Made by a program: the position numbers and the translations under genes. DNA of 63,642 nucleotides, filler included, from Octopus bimaculoides (lineage: Eukaryota): assembly GCF_001194135.2 (NCBI RefSeq). It is 4 parts of 4 records of this genome, joined end to end, with 100 filler letters (N's around TTAATTAATTAA, not from the genome) between each part and the next. Parts side by side here need not be neighbours in the genome. Positions count along the whole stretch, not along the records: positions 31,686 to 57,915 come from NC_068983.1; 3 more parts are not named here. One strand, given 5' to 3'. A model generated the notes under the pieces. The model searched no databases and was not told where the DNA came from. It was given only the letters and a program-made list of their open reading frames with translations. This document shows positions 38,746 through 52,791 of the stretch, in pieces (positions within the stretch are counted from its first letter, which is position 1; each line of letters opens with the position of its first letter).

Positions 38746-39259
38746 TGACTGCTCTAATTGCTTGTGTTTCAGATTTTTGTTGTTTTTGTTGTTTTTTGGG
38801 GCTTTGTGCATTTTTTTATGTTGCATGCATCATTGTGATTGCATGAGCTCAAAGAACTGAGGTTTTGGTCAAATCATACTTTTTCTCCTCTCCTAACTTT
38901 TTTCTCCTTCTCTCTCTCTCTCTCTCCCTCTCTCTCTCTCTCTCTATCTATCTATCTTATCTATCTTTATTTCTCTTTCTCTAGTTAGAAGGTAGTCTTA
39001 TCTCTCAGTAAATCTGTTTGTATATCTAGCAAGGTAGCTTCTTAAATAGATTCATTTTCCTCTATCTGTTACCCAGCAAGTTGAAGAGATAGATATCCTT
39101 CCCTCTATCTCTCTACCTATCTAATTCTCTATCTATCTATCTAATCTAGATAAGATAGACAGATAGAGAGTGAGAGAGAGTAACAGTCAGGCAGAAAGAA
39201 AGACGAAGTGATTGATTTAAGAGGCCTCAATCTATTTTATCTCTCTACTTATCTACATT

Positions 39260-39517
39260 TTTTTGTTCTTTCACTCTTTTACTTGTTTCAGTCATTATAC
39301 TAAGCCCATACTGTGGCACCATCTTGAATATTTTTCCATTGTTATAATGGATCCCAAAACATTGATTTTGAAAAGGTGTTAACATAATGGCAGTCATAGA
39401 CACACATGCACACAATAGATTTCTACACAGTTTCTGACACTCTCTCAAAAAACTACCCAGGGGTTCTGTACCTAAAACCATGTGGTTGAGAAATGAACTT
39501 CTAACCACAGCCATGCA
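39260..39517 (-). mobile_element. SINE family A, deleted and diverged
   Basis: tcttttacttgtttcagtcatt tail and aaccatgtggttgagaa head, reverse complemented. Confidence 0.6.
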
Positions 39518-39641
39518 TTAGCCTATGTGTATTTATCAATGTATATAAACACACACGTGCACACACATATGCACACATGCACACACACACACATAAACAT
39601 GCATACACAACACACGTAGCTGATGATAACCTAACAACCTG

Positions 39642-39672
<31 letters not shown>

Positions 39673-39703
39673 CTATATATATATATATATATANNNNNNN
39701 NNN

Positions 39704-39747
<44 letters not shown>

Positions 39748-40443
39748 TGCATGCCTTTCTCTCTCTTTCCTCTACTACATTGTTTCTTCTCTCTCCTTGA
39801 ATCAATTTTCATCTTTCCTTTTCCTTTATTCATGCTACTCCATGTGTGAATGTGGATATAAGAATATGTACTCCTAAACTTATGCAAGAAAACTTATATA
39901 AGCATATCTGTGCATTGTCTATTTAAGTATGTGTGTATGTGTGTGCATATGTATTTGATTTTCATTGGAGGGAGTGTGCATGTGACTCCCATTTGTTACT
40001 CTACATTTCACACATTATGTTCCTCACATTATCTGATGACTATAATTTATGACACATTAAGTACCACCTGGTTGGCAAATCATTACTCACACATGTTTCT
40101 CTACAATTTACAATTCTTTCTTTTCTTTTTTTTTTTCTTTTTTTTTTTTTTTAAATAGTTTCCATTATCATAAAGAATGTTAATGATATTTGTCTATACT
40201 AGAAAGGACATTTGATATTATATTCTCTCTCTTAGAATAAGTAACTTAAATACAATTTCATTCTCCTGGTAAATTATTCTGCTAGTATGAAATTAGATTT
40301 TTTTATTTATATAAAATAAGCAGTTTAACATCCAGAGTTCACAGTCTTTTTATCTTGTCATTAAATTATAATTGGAAATATTACATTTTCTAAAAATTGA
40401 AATTATTTATAGAAGAAGAACAAAAAGATTACGCAAATTTCAG

Positions 40444-40514
40444 GTGACGAAAAAGAAACATCTGAAGATTTGTTGATAGGAAATAAACAACAGCCATTTG
40501 ATTATGAATATTAG
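40444..40514 (+). CDS. Candidate terminal coding exon of TMEM245
   Basis: tttcAG|GT acceptor is phase-compatible with the 38734 donor and gives GDEKETSEDLLIGNKQQPFDYEY*; SEDL resembles the recalled vertebrate C-terminus (DISEDLK); AATAAA at 40548. Polypyrimidine tract is poor. Confidence 0.25.
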
Positions 40515-40663
40515 AGATGCTAAAAATTCAAATTGGATCAACACCATAATAAACTAGTGTTGATTAGTAAGTTTATGTTATGTGATAAACTAGCATCTTT
40601 TCCAAGAAAAGACACTTTTCTCAACCTCCATTAGTTTCAAGAAAACAACAGGGTTATTGCTTA

Positions 40664-42784
40664 CTAGCAGAGGTACCCGGCATTGCTTGGGGTGTGAATT
40701 ATTCATCATAAGAACATTTACTTTCTTGTCTAACGACCAGGGCTGCCGAAGCTTTTTGAAAAACAGAAAAACATACCAAAATTCACAAAAACATGCAAAA
40801 TATTTTTGAAATATGTCACAACTGCAAAAATAGAGAAAGATACCAATTTTCCTTGGAAAATTTGAAATATATGGTTATATAGTGACTTGAAATTGATGAA
40901 AATACATATAAAAAAGAAAGAATTGGGAATGGTGCACTGTTCTTTATTCTCTGCAGCTCGCACAGCAGCAGTTGCTGTAGCATTCTTGGCATGGCAAATG
41001 GCGTGATGTTCTTCATTCTCTGCAGCTTGCACAGCAGCAGTTGCTGTAGCATTCCTAGCATAGTGAATGGTGTGCTGCTCTCTGTTCTCTGCAGCTTGCA
41101 CAGCAGCAGTTGTACGACAAATAATACACTGTAACTGACTTAGATTAGCATGTACCAAAGTTGTTATTGAAGCATTTCTGATCTGGTGACTGCTATGCTG
41201 CTCCTCACTTTCCATGGCTCTTGCAGTGGCTGCGCAAGCAGCATTTTGCGAATGTCTTTGTGCAATCTCATTTGAGGACTCATTTGCTTTCCTTCTCTTC
41301 AATGTCTCTGCTGTGGCGATTTTGCGACCAATATGGGCTCTTTTCTTAAGTGGCATTATCCCAGAGTTTAGAAACTTCAGTTACAAAATGCAGATGTAGC
41401 AAAAGTAAATTTAAATACACGGAGTACCAAAAATTTAGAGAGAGAAAACAGAAGAAACTGGTTGAAAACTGCAGAAGTTTTTAGAGAAAAACCTGTGTCA
41501 AAAACCGTGTTCCTCGATTTCTTGCTTTAAGCAGGAGTTCTAGGCAAAATTCTATAGTGCATGACCATCCTTGGCACATAAGTAATGTGTGTGTAAAGTT
41601 TGGTGAAAATCAGTTGAAAATTGTAGAAATGTATACGTACTACACACACAGATATCTTTTGTTGGGAGAACATACAAATACCATAAAAACAAAAATATTT
41701 ACACATGACAAAATTGAAATACATTGAAGTCAATTTTTAGGCATATGTGGCAAAACTGAATTTAAACACACTGGGTGAACAAAAATGAAAAATAACTAAA
41801 TTATTTTTCAGGGAAAACGTACAAAAACTGTAACAACAGAGATTTTTATGCATGACAAATTTAAATACAAGGAAGTCAATTTGTAGACAGAACTGACAAA
41901 CTCTGTTTGAGTATATAAAGTTCTAGAAGAAAATAGCTTGAGTGAAAAAACTTGAGCCACTTTAGGATAGCTTTTTCTAATGCATGACTGCTCAATGGCA
42001 TGATTGAAATCTCATTGGTTTGTAATAATGGCTTATTGGCTATATGTGGCCCATAGCAGTCATACGTACGCATGCACAACTGCACCCACAATGTTTTCGA
42101 TAGAGGGAGAAATGTAAATTGTGTATTTAAATAGACGGGGTGCAAAAAATTTTAAATAAGTAATGTTGTAGGAAGAACATACAAATACCATAAAAACAAA
42201 GATATTTACGCATTACAAAATTGAAATACACTGAAGTCAATTCTTAGGCTGATGTGGCAAAACTGAATTTAAACACACTGGGTGAACAAAAATTAAAAAT
42301 GATTAAATTAGTTTTCAGGGAGAACATACAAAAACTGTAACGCGACTAATTGAAATACACAGAAGACAATTTTTAGACAAAAGTTAGTGTGTGAGTGAAT
42401 TAAAGAGAGAGAGAGAGAATGAAAGAAACAGGCATAGACTAAAAGAGAGGAACTGTTACAGAGGGTGAGAGAGAATATATGTAAGCAAGAGAAACAGAGA
42501 ATGAGAAAAAGAGAGAGAAGAGAGAATAAACAGAGAGAGAAATGGGAGAGAATTGGTTGAAAACTGCAGAAGGTTTTACAGAAAAACCCATGTAAAACAC
42601 AGTTTTTCCCAGTTTCTCACTTTATGCGGAGCTCTGGGCAAAATGTTATAGTGCATGACCATCGTTGGCACATAAGTAATGTATGCATAAAGTTTGGTGA
42701 AAATCAGTTGAAAACTGTAGAAATGCATATGCACAACACACACAGACATACACATACACACATCATTTGTTTTATATATATAGA
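40664..42784 (-). mobile_element. Non-autonomous Helitron with both termini
   Basis: Minus strand 5' A|TCTATATATATAAAA at 42784; 3' CTAG|T at 40664 with a decayed CCC...GGG hairpin 8 nt upstream; A^T empty site and no TSD; aagtttggtgaaaatcagttg motif twice. Confidence 0.8.
40730..41356 (-). pseudogene. Truncated Helitron ORF N-terminus (Ala/Arg-rich, 23-aa repeats)
   Basis: MPLKKRAHIGRK...; 69-bp tandem unit at 40947, 41016 and 41085; resembles the basic N-terminal extension of animal RepHel proteins; no Rep or helicase motifs present. Confidence 0.55.
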
Positions 42785-42859
42785 TAAACTCCTATATCTT
42801 GGGGAAACCGTGTTTGTTTGCATGTGCATATGAGTGTGTGTATGTGTGTGTGTGTGTGT

Positions 42860-43388
42860 GTTGAGTCAAAAGTTTTGCAATATTATGGTAACTTATTTCC
42901 TGTATTCATCAAGTTACAATAAAAGCAGCCAAGCATTCAAATTAGAATCCATCATGATGCATCGTCTGAAACTCCCTGTCTGCCAGATCTTTGATCCCGT
43001 ACTGATAACAGTTCTTGTCATTAGAAGTGAAGAACTCCTTCACTGAAGCTTCCACCTCCTTTTGGCTGATAAAGCATCATGAGCACAGGAAGTGAGCCCT
43101 GGATCAGCACAAATAATAATCTGAGGGAGCTAAGTCTGGATTATATGCTGGATGTGGCATCAGCTTAATTCCCTCAAGTTCCTTGAGTTTATTCTGAGTT
43201 GATCAAGCATTTTGCAGTCTTGCATTGTCTTGCTGCAGAAGAGCTCACTTTCTGTTAACCAGCATCTGGTATTTTTTCCACACAATGGCATACATCTCCT
43301 CTAACAATTCAGAGTTTGGCTGTTTTTGATATAAATTTATGAATAAAGCTAATAAGTTACCAAAATATTGTGAAACTTTTGACTCAGC
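42860..43388 (-). mobile_element. Internally deleted mariner with 38-bp TIRs
   Basis: 42860-42897 vs 43351-43388, 4 mismatches; minus-strand relic QQDNAR...PHPAYNPDLAPSDYYL. Confidence 0.85.
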
Positions 43389-44416
43389 TCAACATATATA
43401 ATTCTGTGACTAATCTAGTCTCATTTAATATGTATGTCACCATGGTTTTTAAATTATTTTGAATGTTCTTGATTGTAAGATTCATGTATTCATCTGAATA
43501 AAATTATTTTAAATAACGATATAATGTACTCATTTACCAAGTAAAACATTCGCTAGAAAAGGTCATAATGGATTGACGCCTGTCCTTCAATTATTACTTA
43601 TTTATACATATATATATGTGTGTATGTGTGTGTATATATGTATTATGTATATGTACATACATGTATATGTATATACATATATATATGTATATATACCCCA
43701 CACACATATGTAGGTAGGTAGCTAGCTAGCTAGCTAACTAGCTAGGCAAGGCAGGCAGGCAGGCAGGCAGAGCTTCCAAGCGATTTGCTAAGGTGGAACA
43801 AGGCTGGTTTCAGCAGGCCTCAGATCTCTTAAAATTCAAGGCAGCAGTAAGGTTTTTCTTTCTTTGTGGGTATTTTTTGTTTTTGTCTTTTCTTTTGTTT
43901 CATTTTCTTTTCTTTTCTTTATTTTTTTTTTTTGATGGGTGCATGAAAACCAGCGGATAGTCACAGGCCTCTGTCCTGGGCTCTTCAGATCCGAGATATT
44001 AATGCACCAACTGAACCCCCTTTTTAGAACCCCTAGATGTACCAGCTGAACACCCTTTTTAGAACCATTGCCAAGTAGTTCATTATTGATTCAACCACCC
44101 TGCTTCATTATTTATAATGTAAACAGTTGAGTATTCCACAGTTACTTATACATTGAACCTAATCCTCAGTCAGAACTAATGTGGCACACTATGTGATAAA
44201 GTGATCCTACAAATTACAGATACAGCCTATTTAGCAAATTTCCACACAGTTTGCTTCTGCCCAGTTTTATTCATATGGCTTAGATTGAGCCAAAGTTATC
44301 AAAGGAACACTGAGATACATTGTTACTGCAGGTCATAAGAGTCAATTAAGAAGTTTGATGAAGGAAGGACATCCAGAAGTAAGCTGATAATGATAATATG
44401 TATGAGTGTGTGTGTA

Positions 44417-44560
44417 CTGGTTTCAAATCTTGGCACTTATTTTATCGACCCTGAAAGGATGAATGACAAAGTTGACCTCAGCAGGATTTGAACTCAGAGC
44501 ATAAAGATGGATGAAACTTTGCTAAGCAGCATGCAAATGATTCTGCCAGTTCACAACCTT
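44417..44560 (-). mobile_element. SINE family C, diverged
   Basis: atcgaccctgaaaggatgaa...aaagttgacctcagcaggatttgaactc. Confidence 0.7.
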
Positions 44561-44561
44561 A

Positions 44562-44632
<71 letters not shown>

Positions 44633-44836
44633 TGTATGTATGTATGTATGTATGTATGTATAAAAACAAAATTATGGGTTCAGCAACAGGTTGCTTCACC
44701 ACATACCGAAGTTCAGAAATAGCAGCTAAAAATGCTGAAACTCCAACAGATAGCAGTTACCCGCAACTTACACAGGCAAAACAAGAAGAAAAATAACGAA
44801 CTAAACTAGACATGTTGCTGATCCCTTAATTTTGTT

Positions 44837-44887
<51 letters not shown>

Positions 44888-45375
44888 TTACATACATATT
44901 GACCAATCTGCAGAATTACAGGGTCAAAGATGCTTGGTAGGGTACACAAGTAAAAACTAATAAAAGCTATGTGATGTAGATACAAAAAAGTAGAAATGGT
45001 AAATGAATAAAGATGTGGAATGAAACGGAAACCGAAGATGTATGAAGAAAGATAGCGAATGATGAAGGAAAGAAAGAAAATATAAGGAAATAAAATGGAA
45101 GAAAAGATTTTAGAAAGAAATGGAACAGAAAGAGAGAAAACAGAATAGGGAGGAGAGAAAACAGAATAGGGAGGAGAGAAAATGAACGAAACAAAGCGAT
45201 TGGAAAGAGGGAGAAGATAAATAACCGAGAGAGGTTTGAATTTAGGGAGGACGTGTATGGAGGGATTCGCTTTTGAGGGAATATGGGTGCGAGGTTGCGA
45301 AAGAGAGAGTGAAAGCGTTGAGCGTGGAGGTGAAAGGTAGATAGGCAGATAGTGTATATGAGTTTGTGCTTGTGC

Positions 45376-45409
<34 letters not shown>

Positions 45410-45549
45410 AAATTTGGGCTGACATACGGACAATCAAAATGTCAGAAAGATAAAAGCGGGATAGAAAAGAGGCAAGAGGTGGAGAAAGAAGAATTGACTA
45501 ATGAATGAAGAGAAATATTGAACAACAGAGTATGTACATAACTCCGTAT

Positions 45550-45592
<43 letters not shown>

Positions 45593-45617
45593 CATGCACA
45601 CACATATATATGTATAT

Positions 45618-45660
<43 letters not shown>

Positions 45661-46029
45661 NNNNNNNNNNNNNNNNNNNNNNNNNNNNNNNNNNNNNNNN
45701 NNNNNNNNNNNNNNNNNNNNNNNNNNNNNNNNNNNNNNNNNNNNNNNNNNNNNNNNNNNNNNNNNNNNNNNNNNNNNNNNNNNNNNNNNNNNNNNNNNNN
45801 NNNNNNNNNNNNNNNNNNNNNNNNNNNNNNNNNNNNNNNNNNNNNNNNNNNNNNNNNNNNNNNNNNNNNNNNNNNNNNNNNNNNNNNNNNNNNNNNNNNN
45901 NNNNNNNNNNNNNNNNNNNNNNNNNNNNNNNNNNNNNNNNNNNNNNNNNNNNNNNNNNNNNNNNNNNNNNNNNNNNNNNNNNNNNNNNNNNNNNNNNNNN
46001 NNNNNNNNNNNNNNNNNNNNNNNNNNNNN

Positions 46030-46169
46030 ACGACGGGCTTCTTTCAGTTTCCATCTACCAAATTCACTCACAAGGCTTAGGTTGGCCTGAGGCTATATAG
46101 TAGAAGACACGTGCCCAAGGTGCCATGTTGTTGGTAAGCAAGCTACTTACCACACAGCCTCTCCTGCGC
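46030..46169 (-). mobile_element. SINE family A, 5' half
   Basis: Reverse complement of head and central segment; the rest lies in the gap. Confidence 0.75.
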
Positions 46170-46172
46170 TTA

Positions 46173-46208
<36 letters not shown>

Positions 46209-46719
46209 AAAATGAGGGAGAGGAACAGGTCAAATCCAAGCTACATATGTTTCCTAGCTAGCTGATCCTCTGATGTAATAATTACTCAATGAGGTGTACT
46301 CAGCTACTCATTAGGCTGTGGATACCTCAGTTATATGATGGTTACATTATTGTTTAGGAATCCCAAGTTCACTCACCATAAATGTAATTTGGAATGAGTG
46401 GTGAAAACAGAATAAAAAATCAAAAAGTTTTTGTTTCCCATACCTGCCACAGACTGCTTGAAGCTTACAAACTTCCTACTCTTGGATCCTTGGATCTTAC
46501 CCTTACATATATACACCAGGTTATTAGTCTCACAATGCCTATGCACTCAATGAGCACCATTCATGTGTGGGTCATTGACAGTGCCACCTGACTGGCTCCC
46601 TGTGCTGGTGGCATGTAAAAAGTACCATCCGAACGTAGTTGATGCCAGCTCCCACCCCCCAACTGGCTCCTGTGCCGGTAACACATAAAAAGCACCATCT
46701 ACTCACCTTTCTGCAGAGA

Positions 46720-48200
46720 TTTCTTTCAGAGTAATTTCCCGCAGTAATATGAAATTAGAGGGGTTTTTTTTTTTCTTTTTTTAATTTCAGAAATATATGA
46801 GTTTTGTCGAGAAGTGTGTTCGGGGAAGCCGTGCTGGTGGAGTTTAGGGAGGATAAACTTCCGCAATGTGTTCGAGAAATGTATAGAAATTCTCAAAGTT
46901 TTTCTTCGCAGTAAATCCATTAATTTCTCGATACATTGACTCATCGATGCGGGACCATTTCATATCGCCCGATGANNNNNNNNNNNNNNNNNNNNNNNNN
47001 NNNNNNNNNNNNNNNNNNNNNNNNNNNNNNNNNNNNNNNNNNNNNNNNNNNNNNNNNNNNNNNNNNNNNNNNNNNNNNNNNNNNNNNNNNNNNNNNNNNN
47101 NNNNNNNNNNNNNNNNNNNNNNNNNNNNNNNNNNNNNNNNNNNNNNNNNNNNNNNNNNNNNNNNNNNNNNNNNNNNNNNNNNNNNNNNNNNNNNNNNNNN
47201 NNNNNNNNNNNNNNNNNNNNNNNNNNNNNNNNNNNNNNNNNNNNNNNNNNNNNNNNNNNNNNNNNNNNNNNNNNNNNNNNNNNNNNNNNNNNNNNNNNNN
47301 NNNNNNNNNNNNNNNNNNNNNNNNNNNNNNNNNNNNNNNNNNNNNNNNNNNNNNNNNNNNNNNNNNNNNNNNNNNNNNNNNNNNNNNNNNNNNNNNNNNN
47401 NNNNNNNNNNNNNNNNNNNNNNNNNNNNNNNNNNNNNNNNNNNNNNNNNNNNNNNNNNNNNNNNNNNNNNNNNNNNNNNNNNNNNNCGAAATTTGAATTT
47501 GAGATTTTTGAAAATTTATTTTTCCACAATCAGAATCTCCATAGCCTAATACGTGGGATTCCGTAAAAAAAAAAAATTGAAATAAGGGGGGAAAGATTCA
47601 GATTTCATATAGTCCATCTGGCCAGTAACAAAAACCCTAAATTCCTGATATTCCCTTTCTATCAATGTAAAGACAGAATCTCTACACAAGAAAGAATCAA
47701 CAAGGAGAATCTTTTTATAGAGAAATTCCAAACACTTCTTAGCATACAAACCCCTTGGTGACCATATTCCTTTCTCCCGCCTACCCAATGAAATACATAT
47801 AGATTTACTTCTTATTTCTCTGAGAACAGACATAAACTTCCTGTTGACAAAGAGTCCAGAACTCCAACTAAAGAGTTTAAAACCCACAGAATTGTCTTCC
47901 CTTACACACACTTCCTGTTTTGACACTACACTTCCTGTTTTGACATCACACTTCCTACTTAACACAAACTTTTAGCCCCTTTTTTGTAAACACAACTTTT
48001 AATTCCATGCATCCTAATCTTTCTAAAAATTATCTACACGGATTACCATTGAACTTTAAAAGCTCAAAGACAATATAATGTATTGGTATGTTTATTTTTT
48101 TATATATTATTTTTTATTCTTTTGCAAAAAACATTTTCATTCTCCCGCTTCTTGAAAATTTGCCATGCAATGAAAGCCGGTTAGAAATCCTTTGTAATCC
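46720..48200. repeat. Unclassified CpG-containing repeat-like block spanning a gap
   Basis: Composition differs from the flanks; 20-bp tandem unit at 47908-47957; no termini identified. Confidence 0.3.
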
Positions 48201-48334
48201 TCCTTATACACATCTATATTAAAATATGCTTTCAGTCTAGCATTCTAGCTTATTATTATTTTTTATTTTCCTATTATTTCTCCACGTTCGGCTAACACAA
48301 CCCCACCATTTACTGACTTATATATATATATATA

Positions 48335-48419
48335 TAAAAGCACCCACTACACTCTCTGAGTGGTTGGCGTTAGGAAGGGCATCCAGCTGTAGAAACTCTG
48401 CCAAATTAGATTGGAGCCT
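48335..48419 (+). mobile_element. RTE 3' tail fragment, young subfamily
   Basis: Reverse complement of part of 11405-11595; runs into the gap. Confidence 0.8.
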
Positions 48420-49014
48420 NNNNNNNNNNNNNNNNNNNNNNNNNNNNNNNNNNNNNNNNNNNNNNNNNNNNNNNNNNNNNNNNNNNNNNNNNNNNNNNNN
48501 NNNNNNNNNNNNNNNNNNNNNNNNNNNNNNNNNNNNNNNNNNNNNNNNNNNNNNNNNNNNNNNNNNNNNNNNNNNNNNNNNNNNNNNNNNNNNNNNNNNN
48601 NNNNNNNNNNNNNNNNNNNNNNNNNNNNNNNNNNNNNNNNNNNNNNNNNNNNNNNNNNNNNNNNNNNNNNNNNNNNNNNNNNNNNNNNNNNNNNNNNNNN
48701 NNNNNNNNNNNNNNNNNNNNNNNNNNNNNNNNNNNNNNNNNNNNNNNNNNNNNNNNNNNNNNNNNNNNNNNNNNNNNNNNNNNNNNNNNNNNNNNNNNNN
48801 NNNNNNNNNNNNNNNNNNNTTCTTAATCATTATTAAAGGGCTCTGAAAAAGATTAAAAAACAAATTTAAAGTTTGGAACCCCTGTACAGTGTACATAGAA
48901 CGTTGAAATTTTGTGCAGAGTACAATACAAACATGATCAACATAATTTAATTTTAAAAATTGCATAAAAGTTTTGGATTTCATCAAAATGCACAGTTAAT
49001 TTATGTACACCCTG

Positions 49015-49062
<48 letters not shown>

Positions 49063-50794
49063 TACACACAAACACTTATGTGGGTATGTTATGTTTTATA
49101 CGTGTGGATATATGAGTAGTGTGTATTCACACACATCTAATATTTATGTAAAACAAAGTACATGTGTTAGCAGATATGCATATGTATTCTATATGCCAGA
49201 TAGCTACTATGTTTCTAACCAGTATTCTTCCTTTACACTTCTCTCAATTCTTTCACCTGTAATTTAATTCTCTTACCCTCAGTTCATTCAATTCTTAACG
49301 TTTTTGTCCTCTTCATTTCTGCACCTTTCTCTATAGTTATAATTGTTGTTGTTGTTGCTGATGATGTTGTGTTCATAATTTTATCAAGCTGATTTTTAAA
49401 TTTATTGTTTTGATGATTTTCTTTTTACATTTTTAACAACTCTGCACAAATTTCTGTAATATTTTTACGAATGTCAAAACACAAATTGTTTTAATTGTAA
49501 ATGATTATTGGATAATTAAAATTATTTTCCATATTTTGCATCTCAATTTTGATTTATTGTTTTCACAGTCAAATGTTTGTTTCTTTCAAGAGAGAACTAA
49601 TGAATTCTCTTTCTGACTTTGAATTGCTCTAACATTTCACACAATAACCATATACCATTTTTATTACAAGGCATTGTAGTCAGGAAAATATCTAACTTTG
49701 GTATTGAAAATGGTTGAATATATTGTGTATTCCAGCCTTAATGGTTGCTTCTGAAAGGAAAGCTTCTATCATTGCCAACACTGAGAAAATATCTACATCA
49801 TGAATAATCAATATTTTTATCAATATCATCAATATTATCAAGTTTTAATTCATGAGATTGATTCTTAGCTTCGTTATCCATGTTCAGGGAGAAGATTTAG
49901 ACAGTTTAAACCTGTTGATTATCTTTTCCTTTCAGTTATTTCTCATTGATCCTTTCATAAGAAATGTTCCCATGGGAGACAATGTGGGTGTATCTGTAAA
50001 TGTATGTGCCTTGACTCTGTGTATGTGTGTGTGTTTATACATTTATAAGTGATCCCGTGTGATCACAAAGAAAACCATTATTTCATAATGTCATATAAGA
50101 CAATCCCATCTCTTACAAAATGAGATCACCTTTTGTTTAATTCATTAAATCTGATAACAAAGTACAATCAAATGTCTGCTTGAATAATTTGATATTGAAT
50201 TGAATATCTATTAAAATAAATGACAATTTGATGGAATTACTTTTTTTTCTTTGGTTTTTAAGTTTTGTATGGTAATAAAAATCTTCACTTATTATGAAAG
50301 TATTTTTTCAGCTTGAATGCATGTGTTTAAAGAGGTCAGCTTGTTCACTTCAACAGGTGTCTGTTTGAACACACATATAATCTTAAGCACATATCTGAAC
50401 ACATCTCTTTGAATATGTGCTTGAACTCATTTGAACACGTGTATATTTGAACATATCTGCTTGAATACATGCATATTGCAACATGAGTGTTTGAATATTT
50501 GTGCTTAAACATATGACCTGTACCTGATCACATTGCTTTTAATAAAAATATTTCCCAATTGCTGTATTCTTTCATTTCTTATGTCTGCAAGTGGGTAAAA
50601 TGGACAAAAAGAAAGAAACTCACTTAACTATGGAGATATCAAAGCTATGCTGACACCTGTGCTTTAAAATTCAACTTATTTCTTTCATTGAAGCAGCATA
50701 TGGCATTTTAACTCTCTTGTGCATGAGAACTGTATAACTTCAAGAATGAGTAAGTTGCAGCATCAGCTGATCATTGAAGTAAAGTGATTAGGAA

Positions 50795-50915
50795 GTTTGC
50801 TTTGCACCTCCATGGTGCTGGGTTCAACCCCACTTTGGGCAACTGTTTTCTACTATAGCCTCAGGATGACTGATACCTTCCTTGTGAGTGGAATTGATAG
50901 AAACTGTGGAAGCCC

Positions 50916-50951
<36 letters not shown>

Positions 50952-50976
50952 NNNNNNNNNNNNNNNNNNNNNNNNT

Positions 50977-51028
<52 letters not shown>

Positions 51029-51040
51029 TCACCTTTGAAT
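50795..51040 (+). mobile_element. SINE family A, diverged 5' half
   Basis: ttgggcaactgttttctactatagcctcagg...ccttgtgagtgga. Confidence 0.65.
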
Positions 51041-51679
51041 ATCAGCAAAGAATTGGAAAAATGAAAAACTGGTGTTTTTTTAATTAAAAATACTTAAGTA
51101 GTATTTCTTCTATTCGAGTTGCACAGTAACTGTTTCATCACTTTCACTGTCAGAAATGTAGTAAACCAACGATTGGCTTGTTTCAAATCTATAACCAACA
51201 ACTCTATTTTTGTTCACCAAATGTAATACAAAAATATATAATTAAATAAATAGCGCTACAGTATCAACTAAAATAAATAAATTTACTTCAACATCTGTGA
51301 ATCTTGAATCAGAGTATGTCATTTTATTTTAAGTTGGCCAAATTAGAAAGGCCTAAACTTTAACTTTAGATATTTTGCTTTAGTTCTGTGAAATATATTC
51401 TGTTTGTAGAAATAAAAATCTTACAAAACTATATCTGAAAAATATAGATTTGTTATTTTTAAATTTGAAGAACAGAATGAAAAAGAAAAACTAACAAAAT
51501 CTAGGCTTGAAGATTTCTTTAAAATTTTGTCATAGTAATCTATTTGTTTTCATGTACAGTATAATATCATTACTGATGAAATATGCTGCTGCTATTTATA
51601 TGATATATCTAGGTTGTTCTCATCTGAAATTCATATTGATTTCTTACTAAGGTCTAAATCCTATACATTTGGGGTAAAA

Positions 51680-51845
51680 GAAACAGTTGATTGTATCAAA
51701 CCCAGTACTTGACAGGTACTTGTTTTATTCATTTCAAGAAGATGATAGGCAAAGTTGACCCTGGTGTGAGTCAAACTCAGAACATAAACAGACACCAATA
51801 AATACCACAAGGCATTTTGCTTGATGCTCTATTGATTTTGCCACT
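51680..51845 (-). mobile_element. SINE family C, diverged
   Basis: cccagtacttgacaggtact...ggcaaagttgacc; a plus-strand diverged copy lies at ~52340-52550. Confidence 0.6.
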
Positions 51846-52717
51846 CAAAACGAACAATAGCAGCAATGTCAGTTATATTGTGATGTATGTTGGAGGAATC
51901 TATAAAATAATGTCTACTTGCTTCTGGACTCTGGTAAGCTTTACTTCTAAGGAGTCAGTTTTAATTTCTACTTCTATGAAAGTTAGTCTTAATTTGTACA
52001 TTTACATAATTAATATTTACTTTCAAGATATCAGTCTTAGTCACTACTTCTGTAGAAGTTTGCCTTAATTTTACTTTTTGTGGATTAGTTTTAATCTTAA
52101 TTTCATGGTCCTTTTCTTAATCTTTACTTCATTGGATCAGTCTTAGCCATTAATTCCAAGAGATCAGTCTTAATCTTGTATTTCCCGTGGTATATTGCTT
52201 CACCTTTTTTTCATTAATAGCTGGCTATCAAATAATCAGACAACACCTCTTTATTTTGTTTTCTTCACATATTTTTCCTGAAGCTCTCTCCATACCTTCT
52301 GAATCTTACAACATACAAATAACACTCAACATTTAGCTTACCATGAGGAGAGTAGCTTGGCAGAGTCAGTGGAGCATTGTACAAAATGACTTGTGGTGTT
52401 CTCATTATGTTCTGAATTCAAATCCTACCAAGGTCAGTCTTACTGTTCATCCTTCTAGGATCAGTAAAATAAGTACCAGTCAAGTACTATGGTTGATATA
52501 ATTGACTACTTTCCTCCTCAAAATTTCTAGGCTTGTGTCTATGTGGGAATTAATGTTTAGTTTACCTGGACTTAGTAAATCCAAAAGGTGTATTCCGTTC
52601 ACACAGCAGATTTGCTAAACTAGTACCATATGAAAAAATCTGACTGAATTTCCTCATCATTTTTGAAAGACATTTTGAATTTATCTTTCTCAAAACTCTG
52701 AGCAAACGTTGTCATGC

Positions 52718-52791
<74 letters not shown>

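Noticed and set aside
44967-45437. 156-aa hydrophobic minus-strand ORF
   Set aside because: Translation of a purine-rich low-complexity tract; no family motif.
47546-47965. 139-aa minus-strand ORF
   Set aside because: No recognisable domain or splice context; starts in a tandem repeat.
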